Positions 1-8,395 of a DNA stretch of 31,766 nt are shown here, in pieces. Source of the stretch: Candidatus Fraserbacteria bacterium (GTDB lineage: Bacteria > Bipolaricaulota > Bipolaricaulia > RBG-16-55-9); NCBI GenBank assembly GCA_037443265.1, contig JBBIOR010000020.1:1-31766 (forward strand), given 5' to 3'. The notes beneath the pieces were generated by a model that saw nothing but the letters and a program-made list of their open reading frames with translations, ran no database searches and was not told where the DNA came from. Both the position numbers and the translations under genes were made by a program. Position 1 is the stretch's first letter. Every line of letters begins with the position of its first letter.

Positions 1-131
1 TCGACGGTGTGCCCAGCGGTGACCTGGGTCTTTTCATCCAAGGCGTGGACAATGAGATGTCTGGCAACAAGAGGGGTGATCTCTGCCCTTCTGACTACCC
101 TTGGCCGCCGGATTTCATCAAGAAGCCCTAG
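1..131 (+). CDS. 3' end of an upstream CDS (partial); C-terminus DGVPSGDLGLFIQGVDNEMSGNKRGDLCPSDYPWPPDFIKKP, possibly the tail of a secreted beta-helix-type protein
   Basis: Open frame from position 3 to TAG at 129-131, directly abutting the next ATG at 132; translated by hand. The family guess rests only on recalled resemblance of the GN..GDLCP..WP..F tail. Confidence 0.55.
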   Translation, partial: DGVPSGDLGLFIQGVDNEMSGNKRGDLCPSDYPWPPDFIKKP

Positions 132-423
132 ATGAAAACGCTGCTGGGTTCTGCCCTGGCTGCCTTGGTCTTGCTCGCTCCCAGTGCGCTAGCCACCCCA
201 AGCCTCTCCTTAAGCGGGATCTTCCTGGGCGAGCCCGATATCTTCATTCCCGCCTGGGAGTGAGCGTTGAGTTCCCCTTCACCCGCTCTGGGCTTGCGGG
301 CGCAGCTCTTTTTCTGTCCGGCAGCTGGGATCTCAGCATGGGCGTAGCCCGGCCGCTCTCCTCCCGCTGGACGCTCGATTCCTCCAGCCACAGTATGCCG
401 CCGGTTTCACCCTTAGCTTCTAG
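132..423 (+). pseudogene. Frameshifted small secreted beta-strand protein (outer-membrane-protein-like)
   Basis: ATG 132 gives signal peptide MKTLLGSALAALVLLAPSALA-TPSLSLSGIFLGEPDIFIP, then TGA at 261-263. A -1 shift at the C run 249-251 continues RLGVSVEFPF...LSGSWDLSMGVARPLSSRWTL. A second -1 shift near 376 gives FLQPQYAAGFTLSF, TAG 421-423. Confidence 0.55.
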
Positions 424-501
424 GTAAGACCAGGGCTTGAAGGCTTCCATTCCTCGCTGTAAAGTGAAAACCATCATGAGGACCGGCATTGGAGGTAGGC
501 C

Positions 502-1236
502 TTGTTCTTCCCATTAAGAGACTATCGCCCCAGCGGATCGTTCCCCCTGATCACGGTGGCGGTGATCGCCATCGACGTGCTCGTGTATCTCTATCAGGCG
601 CTCATCTTGGGCAATCAGCCGTCTCCTTATCGAATACGGGTAGGCCTTCGGGTCGAGACACTCTCGATGGAAGAGCTCTTCCTCTTCACGTATGGAATCA
701 CGCCCTGTGAGATCTTGGGCCGCTGCGAGCCGTTCCCACCGGTGAGTTTTCCTCTCTGGATCACCTTCTTCACCTCCATGTTCCTCCACGGAGGCCTGCT
801 CCATCTGGCAGGCAACCTGTGGTTCCTTTGGATCTTTGGGGACAACGTAGAAGACGCCATGGGCAAGGTGCGCTTTGCGTTCTTTTATGTGCTGTCGGGA
901 TTGGCGGCGGCCCTCGCCCAGATGCTATCCGCGCCCGACAGCTCCATCCCTATGGTCGGGGCCAGCGGGGCCATCTCCGGCGTGCTCGGGGCGTATCTCG
1001 TGCTCTATCCCCAGGGGCGCGTGCTCACCCTCGTCTGGTTCCTCTATTTTATTCGCTTTGTGGAGATGCCTGCCCTCATATACCTGGGCCTCTGGTTCTT
1101 ATTGCAGCTGGTGAGCGCCTCTTTGGGGGGCTCCTTAGGCGGCGGGGTCGCCTGGATGGCTCACATCGGAGGATTTCTAGCCGGAGTCCTGCTGGTCCGT
1201 ATCTTCACTCGCCCTTCTTATAGTATTCAGCGTTGA
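502..1236 (+). CDS. Rhomboid family intramembrane serine protease
   Basis: Multiple TM segments; FLHGGLLHLAGN, GASGAISG (catalytic Ser) and AHIGG (catalytic His); SD GGAGGT at 491-496 before the TTG start. Confidence 0.95.
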   Translation: MFFPLRDYRPSGSFPLITVAVIAIDVLVYLYQALILGNQPSPYRIRVGLRVETLSMEELFLFTYGITPCEILGRCEPFPPVSFPLWITFFTSMFLHGGLLHLAGNLWFLWIFGDNVEDAMGKVRFAFFYVLSGLAAALAQMLSAPDSSIPMVGASGAISGVLGAYLVLYPQGRVLTLVWFLYFIRFVEMPALIYLGLWFLLQLVSASLGGSLGGGVAWMAHIGGFLAGVLLVRIFTRPSYSIQR

Positions 1237-1471
1237 TCTGGGCGAAGTGCTTCCATTGCTCGGGAAGATCCTCTTCAGGGTAGATGGCCTCGACCGGGCA
1301 GACGGCCGCACAGGCCCCGCAGTTGATGCACGTCTGCGGGTCGATGTAGAGCTGAGGGACGCTCGCGAATTCTGGTTCATCCTGACGCGGATGGATGCAG
1401 TCAACCGGACAGACTTGGACGCATTCACCAGATTTGGTGTTGACGCACGGCTGAGCGATGACGAATGCCAC
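1205..1471 (-). CDS. fdxA: 7Fe ([3Fe-4S]/[4Fe-4S]) dicluster ferredoxin
   Basis: MAFVIAQPC-x7-CVQVCPVDCI...LYIDPQTCINCGACAAVCPVEAIY...W...NA matches the FdxA pattern. GTG start at 1471 follows SD AAGGAGGAG; the track's start at 1519 is an upstream extension. Confidence 0.92.
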   Translation of the reverse strand: MAFVIAQPCVNTKSGECVQVCPVDCIHPRQDEPEFASVPQLYIDPQTCINCGACAAVCPVEAIYPEEDLPEQWKHFAQINAEYYKKGE

Positions 1472-1569
1472 AATTCTCTCCTCCTTGTGGCCCGGAGTAT
1501 AGCCGATACCCAGCTGCATCGCAATTTCCTCTTGCCCTCCTTGCAGCCCTGCTCGTAGAATGAAGAGCC

Positions 1570-2148
1570 ATGCGCGCTGGCTTGGGGAGTCGTAGGAGAT
1601 TTCTCTATCGCGTCTCCCTTTACAGTCTGGCCCCCTTGGTGGGGTTGTACGTCTTCTGGGCTCACACGAGTCTGGAGGGGCGCCTGCTGGGTCTATCGGG
1701 CCTGGGCGTGGGTACGCTTGCGCTCTATCTGCTCTTCGCGCGCCTAAAGGACCCTGGGAGCGCGATTCGTTATGCGCTGCGTCCTGTGCCCATCGTCTTA
1801 AAGCTGCTGGAGCGCTGGCAGCCCCAGCCTGCGCGAGATCCCTTTAGGCTACAAGACTCGTTACGTTCTTTCTTGAGGGAGGCCCTTCCCGATGTGACCA
1901 TCGAAGAGCGTCACGCCGCTCAAGGCGAGCACATCGCGCTGTCCGTCGGGGAAGAAGTGCTCATTTATCTGGCCCCTTCGTCCCTCCAAGACATCGAGTC
2001 TCTGCGGGAGATCTTAGAGGAGCTACGCACTCCCCTACGCGAGGAGCCCTTGTTGATTGTGTATTTCGATGCCGGGGAGATGTCCGCTTGGGCGACTCAG
2101 TTGGCCGAGAGCATGTCACGCGCGCGGCTTCTGGTCAAGCGCTCATGA
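1570..2148 (+). CDS. Hypothetical membrane protein, two N-terminal TM helices plus a C-terminal alpha/beta domain
   Basis: 192 aa ORF filling the gap between neighbours; two hydrophobic segments followed by a soluble domain. Confidence 0.75.
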   Translation: MRAGLGSRRRFLYRVSLYSLAPLVGLYVFWAHTSLEGRLLGLSGLGVGTLALYLLFARLKDPGSAIRYALRPVPIVLKLLERWQPQPARDPFRLQDSLRSFLREALPDVTIEERHAAQGEHIALSVGEEVLIYLAPSSLQDIESLREILEELRTPLREEPLLIVYFDAGEMSAWATQLAESMSRARLLVKRS

Positions 2149-4695
2149 GCCGGGCGTAGGCAGCTTGCGGAAGATAAGATCCACCAAGAAGAGCGCTAGG
2201 GCCAAGAGGGCCAGGGTCTGCCAGATGTCGCGCCAGAACCAGGCGCGACCGCGCAGAAGAGGAGCCAATCCTTCAAGGTTTTCTAAATATTCCCCTCGGG
2301 TCTCGTAAGAGAGGCGCGTAAGTAGCTCTTGGTTTACTCCTATCCGACGATACTCAGCAGCGTAGGGGATGCTGATGGCCTCTTGCACCCATCCCAAAGA
2401 TTCCTCACCCACGCTGAGCAGATAGACTCCTTCTGTGAGATCCGGCACGCTCGCCTGATAGCGTCCGGGAGCGACCTGCTCGAAAGTGAGTGCTTGGGGC
2501 TCGGAGTCGGGAGCGCTCAGGCGGCCCTCCAGAGAGAGGAGATCGAGCCAGCGGCCGTCGCGCGCCGCCTCGGCCGTCACCCGGAGAAGAGAGCCCTCCA
2601 GCTCGGTCTGTAGAGTCAGCTCCTTAGGCGCAAGCGGAGCGTCGCTGTAGACTCGGCTCAGCAGCTCCGCTGCCAGCGTGCCCAGGCCCTCCCAACTGAG
2701 CCAGCGCCCAAGGCCCTCATCACTAAAGCTCGTGTTGAGCACAAGCACCTTGCCCAAGCCGTAGCGCCAGTGGCTGACCAGCGGATCCGCCTGAGCATCC
2801 TCAGCTCTAATTTGAAGGAGCGTCTGGGCCATCGGCTTCTCAAACGTGAGCACATACCCATCCACAGGAGGAATCGCCCTGGGGTCGACCTGGCGAAGCT
2901 CAAAGGCGTAAGGGCCGGGCACGACGGGTACCGGTCCTTTGATCCAGCGGGCTCGCTCCAGGCGGATCACCTCCTCCAGGGTGATCTGCGGCAGATCTTT
3001 TGCGTCCTTCACCTCGTATTTGATGCCCTGGCCTACCTCGGCCAGCCGCCAGAGAAATTCAATATCTGCCTGGGCACCGATGGCAATCGCAGAGGCCGTG
3101 ATCGTGCTCTGGGCGATCTCGCGGAAGATCCTCTCGAAATCGCGCCCCTCTCGCGCGACCTTCCCGTCGGAGAAGACGAGAATGTGCTTGACGCGGGCGC
3201 GCACTTTCTGAAGAGAGGCTACCGCATCGCGCAGAGCATTGTAGACGTCCGTGCCGCCGTTGGCGGAGAGCCCTTCGATCTTCCTGCGGATATCGCCCTT
3301 GCGACTGCGGACGGGCTCCAGAGGGACGAGCCATTGATAGGTGGAATCGAAGGCGATGAGGCCGAGGAGATTGCGCGCATCCAGTTTATCGACGGCCGCG
3401 ATGGCTGCCTGCTTAAGGAGTTCGATCTTGGGCTGTGTGCCTGCGATTTCGCCCATGCTGCCGCTCTTGTCCAGCAGCATCACCAGAGCGAGAGCCGGGC
3501 GCTGGAGCTCCTCTGGGCCTTCGTAGGTGACGGGCAGAAGCCTCTCCAGCTGGCGATCATAAAACTCCTCGACGGCTCTTCTCCCTTGGATGAGCCAGAG
3601 CCCGCCGCCCAGATCTTGCACGTAATGCGTGAGATTCGCGATCTGGCTGCGGCTGAGCTCTTTGAGAGGAACGTCATCCAGGATCACGGCGCGGTAGGAG
3701 AGCAGCGAGGTCGGCGTGGGGGCGAACGCCCGCAGCGAGACCCGCGCGTACACATGGCCGGCACTGCTGAGCATCCGTTCCAGCGGCGAGGGGCCTTTCA
3801 AATCCGCTTCGACGAGCAAGATGCGCGGACCCCCCACGGCTTCCACTAGGGCTCGATAGACGTTGTTCTGGAGGATGGCGTCATCGGGAGCGATCAGCTC
3901 TGCGCGATACTCATGGAGGCCAGGCTGCTCCAGCTCATCTCTCTGCTCGAAGAAGTTGAGGCCCGCCTGTAATGTGAGCTCTTGACTGGCGATGAGCGTC
4001 TCGTCGCGATAGACCAGCAGGCGTGCCAGGCTTGGCCGTGAGGCATAGATTACGCTTTGGAAGGCGAACGGGAGCCCTAAGGCCACCTCGCGCGGGACCC
4101 GCACGTCTTGTATCGAAAATTCTGTAGCCGGCGCCTCCATAGCCATCGTGAAGATGGGCACGCCTTCCCGAGCAGCTCTCCTTGTGGCAGTCGCGAGCGC
4201 CCCCTGGGTAGGCTGGCCGTCGGAGAGCAGCACGATCGTCTTCGTCCCATCTTGAGGGAAAGTGGCTAAGGCCAGTTCGATCGCCGCGGCCAGATCCGTC
4301 GCTTCGCCCCCTAGGGTGGTGTGCAGCTCTTCGAGGTTGAGTGAGGGCGCGAAAGGTGCCTCAACGAAGGGCTGCTCTGCGAAGACGATCACGCCGTATT
4401 GTGTGCGAGGCTGAGGAGAAGCCCAGCGGTTTAGGCGCTCAAGAAAATCGGGCGAAAGCGCGGCGCGCGTGCTCTGCGATATATCTACGAGAAAATAGAC
4501 GTAATGGTTCTCCGCGCGGCTTTTCATCTGCGGTCCGGCCCAGGCCAGAACGAGGAGCGCGATGGCTCCAACCCGGAGCCAGATCGCCAGGCGGTCTGTG
4601 AGGGTCTTCCCTCGTAGCTCGCTTCTCCTTAAGGCCAGATACCCCAGCGGAATGAGAAGCCAAAGCAGCAGCCAGGGCGCAAGGAAGCGAATCAC
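2143..4695 (-). CDS. Membrane protein with two vWA domains and a class I glutamine amidotransferase-like domain
   Basis: N-terminal TMs; MIDAS motifs LVDISQS and LLDKSGS with LSDG/FSDG; YRAVILDDVP...GGGLWLIQG and WRYGLGKV segments; C-terminal TM. Confidence 0.9.
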   Translation of the reverse strand: MIRFLAPWLLLWLLIPLGYLALRRSELRGKTLTDRLAIWLRVGAIALLVLAWAGPQMKSRAENHYVYFLVDISQSTRAALSPDFLERLNRWASPQPRTQYGVIVFAEQPFVEAPFAPSLNLEELHTTLGGEATDLAAAIELALATFPQDGTKTIVLLSDGQPTQGALATATRRAAREGVPIFTMAMEAPATEFSIQDVRVPREVALGLPFAFQSVIYASRPSLARLLVYRDETLIASQELTLQAGLNFFEQRDELEQPGLHEYRAELIAPDDAILQNNVYRALVEAVGGPRILLVEADLKGPSPLERMLSSAGHVYARVSLRAFAPTPTSLLSYRAVILDDVPLKELSRSQIANLTHYVQDLGGGLWLIQGRRAVEEFYDRQLERLLPVTYEGPEELQRPALALVMLLDKSGSMGEIAGTQPKIELLKQAAIAAVDKLDARNLLGLIAFDSTYQWLVPLEPVRSRKGDIRRKIEGLSANGGTDVYNALRDAVASLQKVRARVKHILVFSDGKVAREGRDFERIFREIAQSTITASAIAIGAQADIEFLWRLAEVGQGIKYEVKDAKDLPQITLEEVIRLERARWIKGPVPVVPGPYAFELRQVDPRAIPPVDGYVLTFEKPMAQTLLQIRAEDAQADPLVSHWRYGLGKVLVLNTSFSDEGLGRWLSWEGLGTLAAELLSRVYSDAPLAPKELTLQTELEGSLLRVTAEAARDGRWLDLLSLEGRLSAPDSEPQALTFEQVAPGRYQASVPDLTEGVYLLSVGEESLGWVQEAISIPYAAEYRRIGVNQELLTRLSYETRGEYLENLEGLAPLLRGRAWFWRDIWQTLALLALALFLVDLIFRKLPTPGS

Positions 4696-6542
4696 CGTCT
4701 CCTCCTCGGCCTGGGCTGCCTGCTGCGCTCGAAGAGCGGCCAGCGCTCAAAGTAGAAGAGTTCGAGCCATAGCAGTCCGATCGCCGCGGCCAGAAAGTAC
4801 GGCCAGAGTGCACGGGCCGCGCGCAACTGGCCCTCTAAGCTCCTCTCGGCGGATGGCGCGGGGTGAGCCAGGGGTGGAGCTTTTCTCTGGGAGGTCCAGC
4901 GGGACTCTTCCGGCGGCGGGTTGGCCGCAAAGAGCTTTTCAATCCCACCGGAGACCACCTCATAGAAGCCCGGCTGCTCCAGATGCCCGCAAGAGGAAGT
5001 TTTTATCGCCTGGCAGGAGCGCCCGGCCGGATCGATCACTTCGACAGAATCTGCAAAGCCGCTCAGGGGCAGCTCCCCTCCGACGTCTAAATTCGTCTCC
5101 TCCTCTGCTCTTGGAGCCAGCCAAGAGAGGAGTCGGTGCATCAAGATCGGGAAATCCAGAGAGATCCCCAGATTGGAAGCCGCAAGATCCACGCCCAAAT
5201 ACGCCAAGCGCAGCCCCCTGGTCTCATAGAGATACAAGAGGGGAATCTCGCCAGCCGTGATCAACACTTGGCCTTGGGGGTCCACTTGAGCCCGCGGAAC
5301 TCTCAAGAGACGCCAGTCCTTTGGGTTGATCCCCCCCAGCAGGGGATGATTCACTCTGGCCTCCACGCTCAGGCTTTCCGCTTCGATCTCATCGTTCCAC
5401 GCCACCCAGGGAGGCAGAGCGGAGTGGATCAATAAGAACCTCCCGGCCACGGGAGCGGCGAGCCCTCCTTGATGGACCACCATCAGATCCAGCTCGTTGG
5501 CTGAGGCATCCGCGGTGCGCTGCCAGCTGAGATCTACGCTTCCCAGGAGCCGGAAGAACCTCTCCAGATAGAAATTCCGCTCGCCTAAGAAGAGCACCTT
5601 CCAGGGTCGGGGTCGGGGCAGCGCAGCGTATCGAATATTATCCTCAGCCCAATCGTCTGAACTGCCTTCCAGCTGAGCCACGAACCGCGAGAAAGATGGA
5701 CCCTCATGGCGGAAGGCCAAGGCTGAGATGCGCTCAGGCTGAAGAAGAAGGGCCCTCTCTTCAATGATTTGTCCATCCGCCGTGATGCGCAGCTGGACAT
5801 TTCGTGGCTGCCGGCCTGAGTTCCACAGCTCCAGGAATAGATCATAAGAGCGGCCGTCGGGCTGCTCTCGGACTCCAAAGCGGGTAATAGCTAAGTTCTC
5901 GCGCTCGGTGGCTCCGACGAGCCGGACCTCCCAACCCCACTGCTCTGGACTCTCGGCCGGCGGCTGATCTGTCAAGAAGACGACCCGGTCGAAGCCTTGA
6001 GGGGATTGGCTCTGCAGCAGGCTCAAAAGATCATCCAGTTTGGCATCGCCCTGGAACGTAGCCTCAAACTGGGCGAGCAGTCGTTCGATCTGTCCATGGT
6101 CGTGGGTGGGCGGCGCAAGCAGCGTGCTATGGGCTTGGGCGCCAATCAGGGTCACCTGGGCTGCCGGGTTGGCGCGCAAGATCTGGAGGGCTTCTTGGGC
6201 AGCCTGCTGGGCGAGCGTCGGGCCATCGGGGCTTTTGCGGGCCCGCATGCTGGCGCTTTTGTCTATCACCAAGGCCAGCGACTGGACGCCGCCCGCGCGC
6301 GTGTAGATCACCGGCTGAGCCAGTCCCAAGACGAGAGCCGCTAGGGCCAAGAGCTGCAAGAGGAGGCCAAAGAGTCCCCTCCAGCGTAGTCGCAGGGCGC
6401 TCTTAGGGTTCTGCTCCATCCCGCGCCAGAGCCATAGAGACGAGACGGGGACGAGGCGCGCTTGTCGCTTGAGAAAATAGATCACAGCCACAGGCGCTCC
6501 CAAGCTGAGCAGCCCCAGGGCCCAACTCGCCAGCAAGATCAT
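4692..6542 (-). CDS. BatA N-terminal domain plus vWA domain membrane protein
   Basis: IYFLKR...VSSLWLW...LLLQLLALAALVLGLAQP is a BatA-type N-terminus; MIDAS VIDKSAS and FLTD; C-terminal TM. Confidence 0.9.
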   Translation of the reverse strand: MILLASWALGLLSLGAPVAVIYFLKRQARLVPVSSLWLWRGMEQNPKSALRLRWRGLFGLLLQLLALAALVLGLAQPVIYTRAGGVQSLALVIDKSASMRARKSPDGPTLAQQAAQEALQILRANPAAQVTLIGAQAHSTLLAPPTHDHGQIERLLAQFEATFQGDAKLDDLLSLLQSQSPQGFDRVVFLTDQPPAESPEQWGWEVRLVGATERENLAITRFGVREQPDGRSYDLFLELWNSGRQPRNVQLRITADGQIIEERALLLQPERISALAFRHEGPSFSRFVAQLEGSSDDWAEDNIRYAALPRPRPWKVLFLGERNFYLERFFRLLGSVDLSWQRTADASANELDLMVVHQGGLAAPVAGRFLLIHSALPPWVAWNDEIEAESLSVEARVNHPLLGGINPKDWRLLRVPRAQVDPQGQVLITAGEIPLLYLYETRGLRLAYLGVDLAASNLGISLDFPILMHRLLSWLAPRAEEETNLDVGGELPLSGFADSVEVIDPAGRSCQAIKTSSCGHLEQPGFYEVVSGGIEKLFAANPPPEESRWTSQRKAPPLAHPAPSAERSLEGQLRAARALWPYFLAAAIGLLWLELFYFERWPLFERSRQPRPRRRR

Positions 6543-7411
6543 TGCAGAAGTGCCCCCTCTCGCAACGTCTTAAGCACCGTCTCCTCCAATGGAACTCCCG
6601 ACGAGAGGCGGAAATAGCGCAGATCGTGACGCAGGCAGAACTCCTCCAGCCGCCGGCAGTACTCCGAAAGATTCTGGGTATATTGTCGCAGGGCCTCCTT
6701 CCCCACGTAGATGGCCAGCTCCTTTTGATCTTCAATGTTCTTTAGGTGTAGCTCGCCGCCCAGCTTGGGCAAAAGATCCTCCGGTGCCAAAAGGTGCAGC
6801 ACAATGACGCTGTGGCCGCGGTAGAGCAGCCGCGCCAGCCCCTCCTCAAAGCCGTCTTCGCTCAGCATATCGCTGATGATGACACAGAGTCCGCTCTCAC
6901 GTCGAATGCGGGTGAATCGTCTAAGAGACTCGTTGATGGAGGTCTCCCCGGCCGGTTGGATCTCCTGCAAGAAGCGAAAGATTTCGAAGATCTGGCGATG
7001 CCCACCCTTGGGGGCAATCCCACGGCAAAGATCCCTGGCAAAGGGGAAGATCCCCACGCGATTTAAGTCTTTCAAGCCCAAATAGGCCAGGGCTCCCGCC
7101 AGCTGGGCGGCGTACCAGAGCTTCTGTCCGATCTCCATGGAGCGGCTGATGTCTAAAAATAAATAAATGGGCACATCTTCCTCGCGGGTGAAGACTTTGA
7201 TGAATAGGCGGTTCAGGCGCCCATAGAGGTTCCAATCGACGTAGCGCAGATCTTCTCCGGGGTAATACTCTTTGTACTCGGCGAACTCTAAGCTCATGCC
7301 GGCCCGTGGAGTGAGCCGCCGTCCCATGAGCGTGCCGTGAAACCGCCCGCGCACGACGAGCTTGAGATTCTCCAGTCTCTTGAGGAACTCTGGAGTGAGC
7401 AGGATGGCCAT
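6539..7411 (-). CDS. DUF58 domain protein (MoxR partner, vWA-like)
   Basis: GMSLEFAEYKEYYPGEDLRYVDWN, LDISRSM and IISD motifs; directly follows moxR. Confidence 0.93.
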   Translation of the reverse strand: MAILLTPEFLKRLENLKLVVRGRFHGTLMGRRLTPRAGMSLEFAEYKEYYPGEDLRYVDWNLYGRLNRLFIKVFTREEDVPIYLFLDISRSMEIGQKLWYAAQLAGALAYLGLKDLNRVGIFPFARDLCRGIAPKGGHRQIFEIFRFLQEIQPAGETSINESLRRFTRIRRESGLCVIISDMLSEDGFEEGLARLLYRGHSVIVLHLLAPEDLLPKLGGELHLKNIEDQKELAIYVGKEALRQYTQNLSEYCRRLEEFCLRHDLRYFRLSSGVPLEETVLKTLREGALLQ

Positions 7412-8395
7412 CTAGACCTCAGGCGTTCTTTCCAGCACTTGCTGGAGGATCTCCTCGACGGCGATCCCCTCGGCCTCGCCCCGGAAGTTTCGAATGAGGC
7501 GATGGCGCAGCGCGGGCAGAAAGACTTGATGGATATCTTCGGCTCGAACGTTGAGCTGACCTTCCAAGAAGGCATTGGCTTTCGCTCCCCACAGCAGGGC
7601 GATGCCTGCCCGGGGACTGGCCCCGTACTCCACGTAGTCGCGCACGAGCGGGGGTGTGCCCTCGGCCTGCGGATGAGTGGCCGCCACAAGGCGCACAATG
7701 TAATGCCTCAAGGGCTCGGCAATCGGGATCTGAGAGACGAGCTGGCGGGCTTCTAAGAGCTCCTCACGGGTGAAGATCCTAGCTGCGGGCAAGGCGCCCT
7801 CGAGGGCGCTACGCACCAGGATCTCATCCAGCTCGTCCGCAGACGGATAGTTCAAGAGGAGCTTGAAGAAGAAGCGATCGACTTGGGCTTCCGGGAGCGG
7901 GTACGTGCCCTCCATCTCGATGGGGTTTTGAGTCGCCAGCACCATGAAGGGATCTTCCAAGGAGTACGTCCGCCCGCCGACGGTAACACTCTTCTCTTGC
8001 ATGGCCTCAAGGAGTGCCGATTGGGTCTTGGGCGTGGCCCGGTTTATTTCATCGGCCAGGATGATATGGGCGAAGATCGGCCCCTGGGTGAACTCGAAGT
8101 AGCGCCGGCCGCTCTCGTCCTCCATGATGATGTTCGTGCCCAAAATGTCCGCAGGCATAAGATCCGGCGTGAACTGGATGCGCGCGAATTTTAAGCCTAA
8201 AAGATGCCCCAGCGTCCGCACCAGCAGCGTCTTGCCCAGCCCCGGCACGCCCTCCAGCAGCACGTGCCCGCCACATAAGAGGCAGATGAGCACCCCTCGA
8301 ATGGTCTCTTGATGGCCGACGATCACCCGCTGGATCTCACGTGTGAGCCTTTGAAAAGCCTCTTGACTTCTGGCGAGTCGCTCTTCGAGGAGCAT
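7412..8395 (-). CDS. moxR: MoxR family AAA+ ATPase
   Basis: Walker A GVPGLGKT, RIQFTPDLMPADI, Walker B LADEINRA, ATQNPIEMEGTYPLPEAQVDRF, GASPRA. Confidence 0.97.
   Translation of the reverse strand: MLLEERLARSQEAFQRLTREIQRVIVGHQETIRGVLICLLCGGHVLLEGVPGLGKTLLVRTLGHLLGLKFARIQFTPDLMPADILGTNIIMEDESGRRYFEFTQGPIFAHIILADEINRATPKTQSALLEAMQEKSVTVGGRTYSLEDPFMVLATQNPIEMEGTYPLPEAQVDRFFFKLLLNYPSADELDEILVRSALEGALPAARIFTREELLEARQLVSQIPIAEPLRHYIVRLVAATHPQAEGTPPLVRDYVEYGASPRAGIALLWGAKANAFLEGQLNVRAEDIHQVFLPALRHRLIRNFRGEAEGIAVEEILQQVLERTPEV

Noticed and set aside
101..427. 108 aa ORF from the track as a real gene
   Set aside because: It overlaps the upstream CDS out of frame; only its central part looks protein-like and is better explained as the middle frame of the frameshifted gene at 132-423.
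2770..3849. 359 aa plus-strand ORF and similar long antisense ORFs (4562-5260, 11969-12880, 25588-26370)
   Set aside because: Each lies opposite well-supported genes and has no recognisable motif; such shadows are common in GC-rich DNA.
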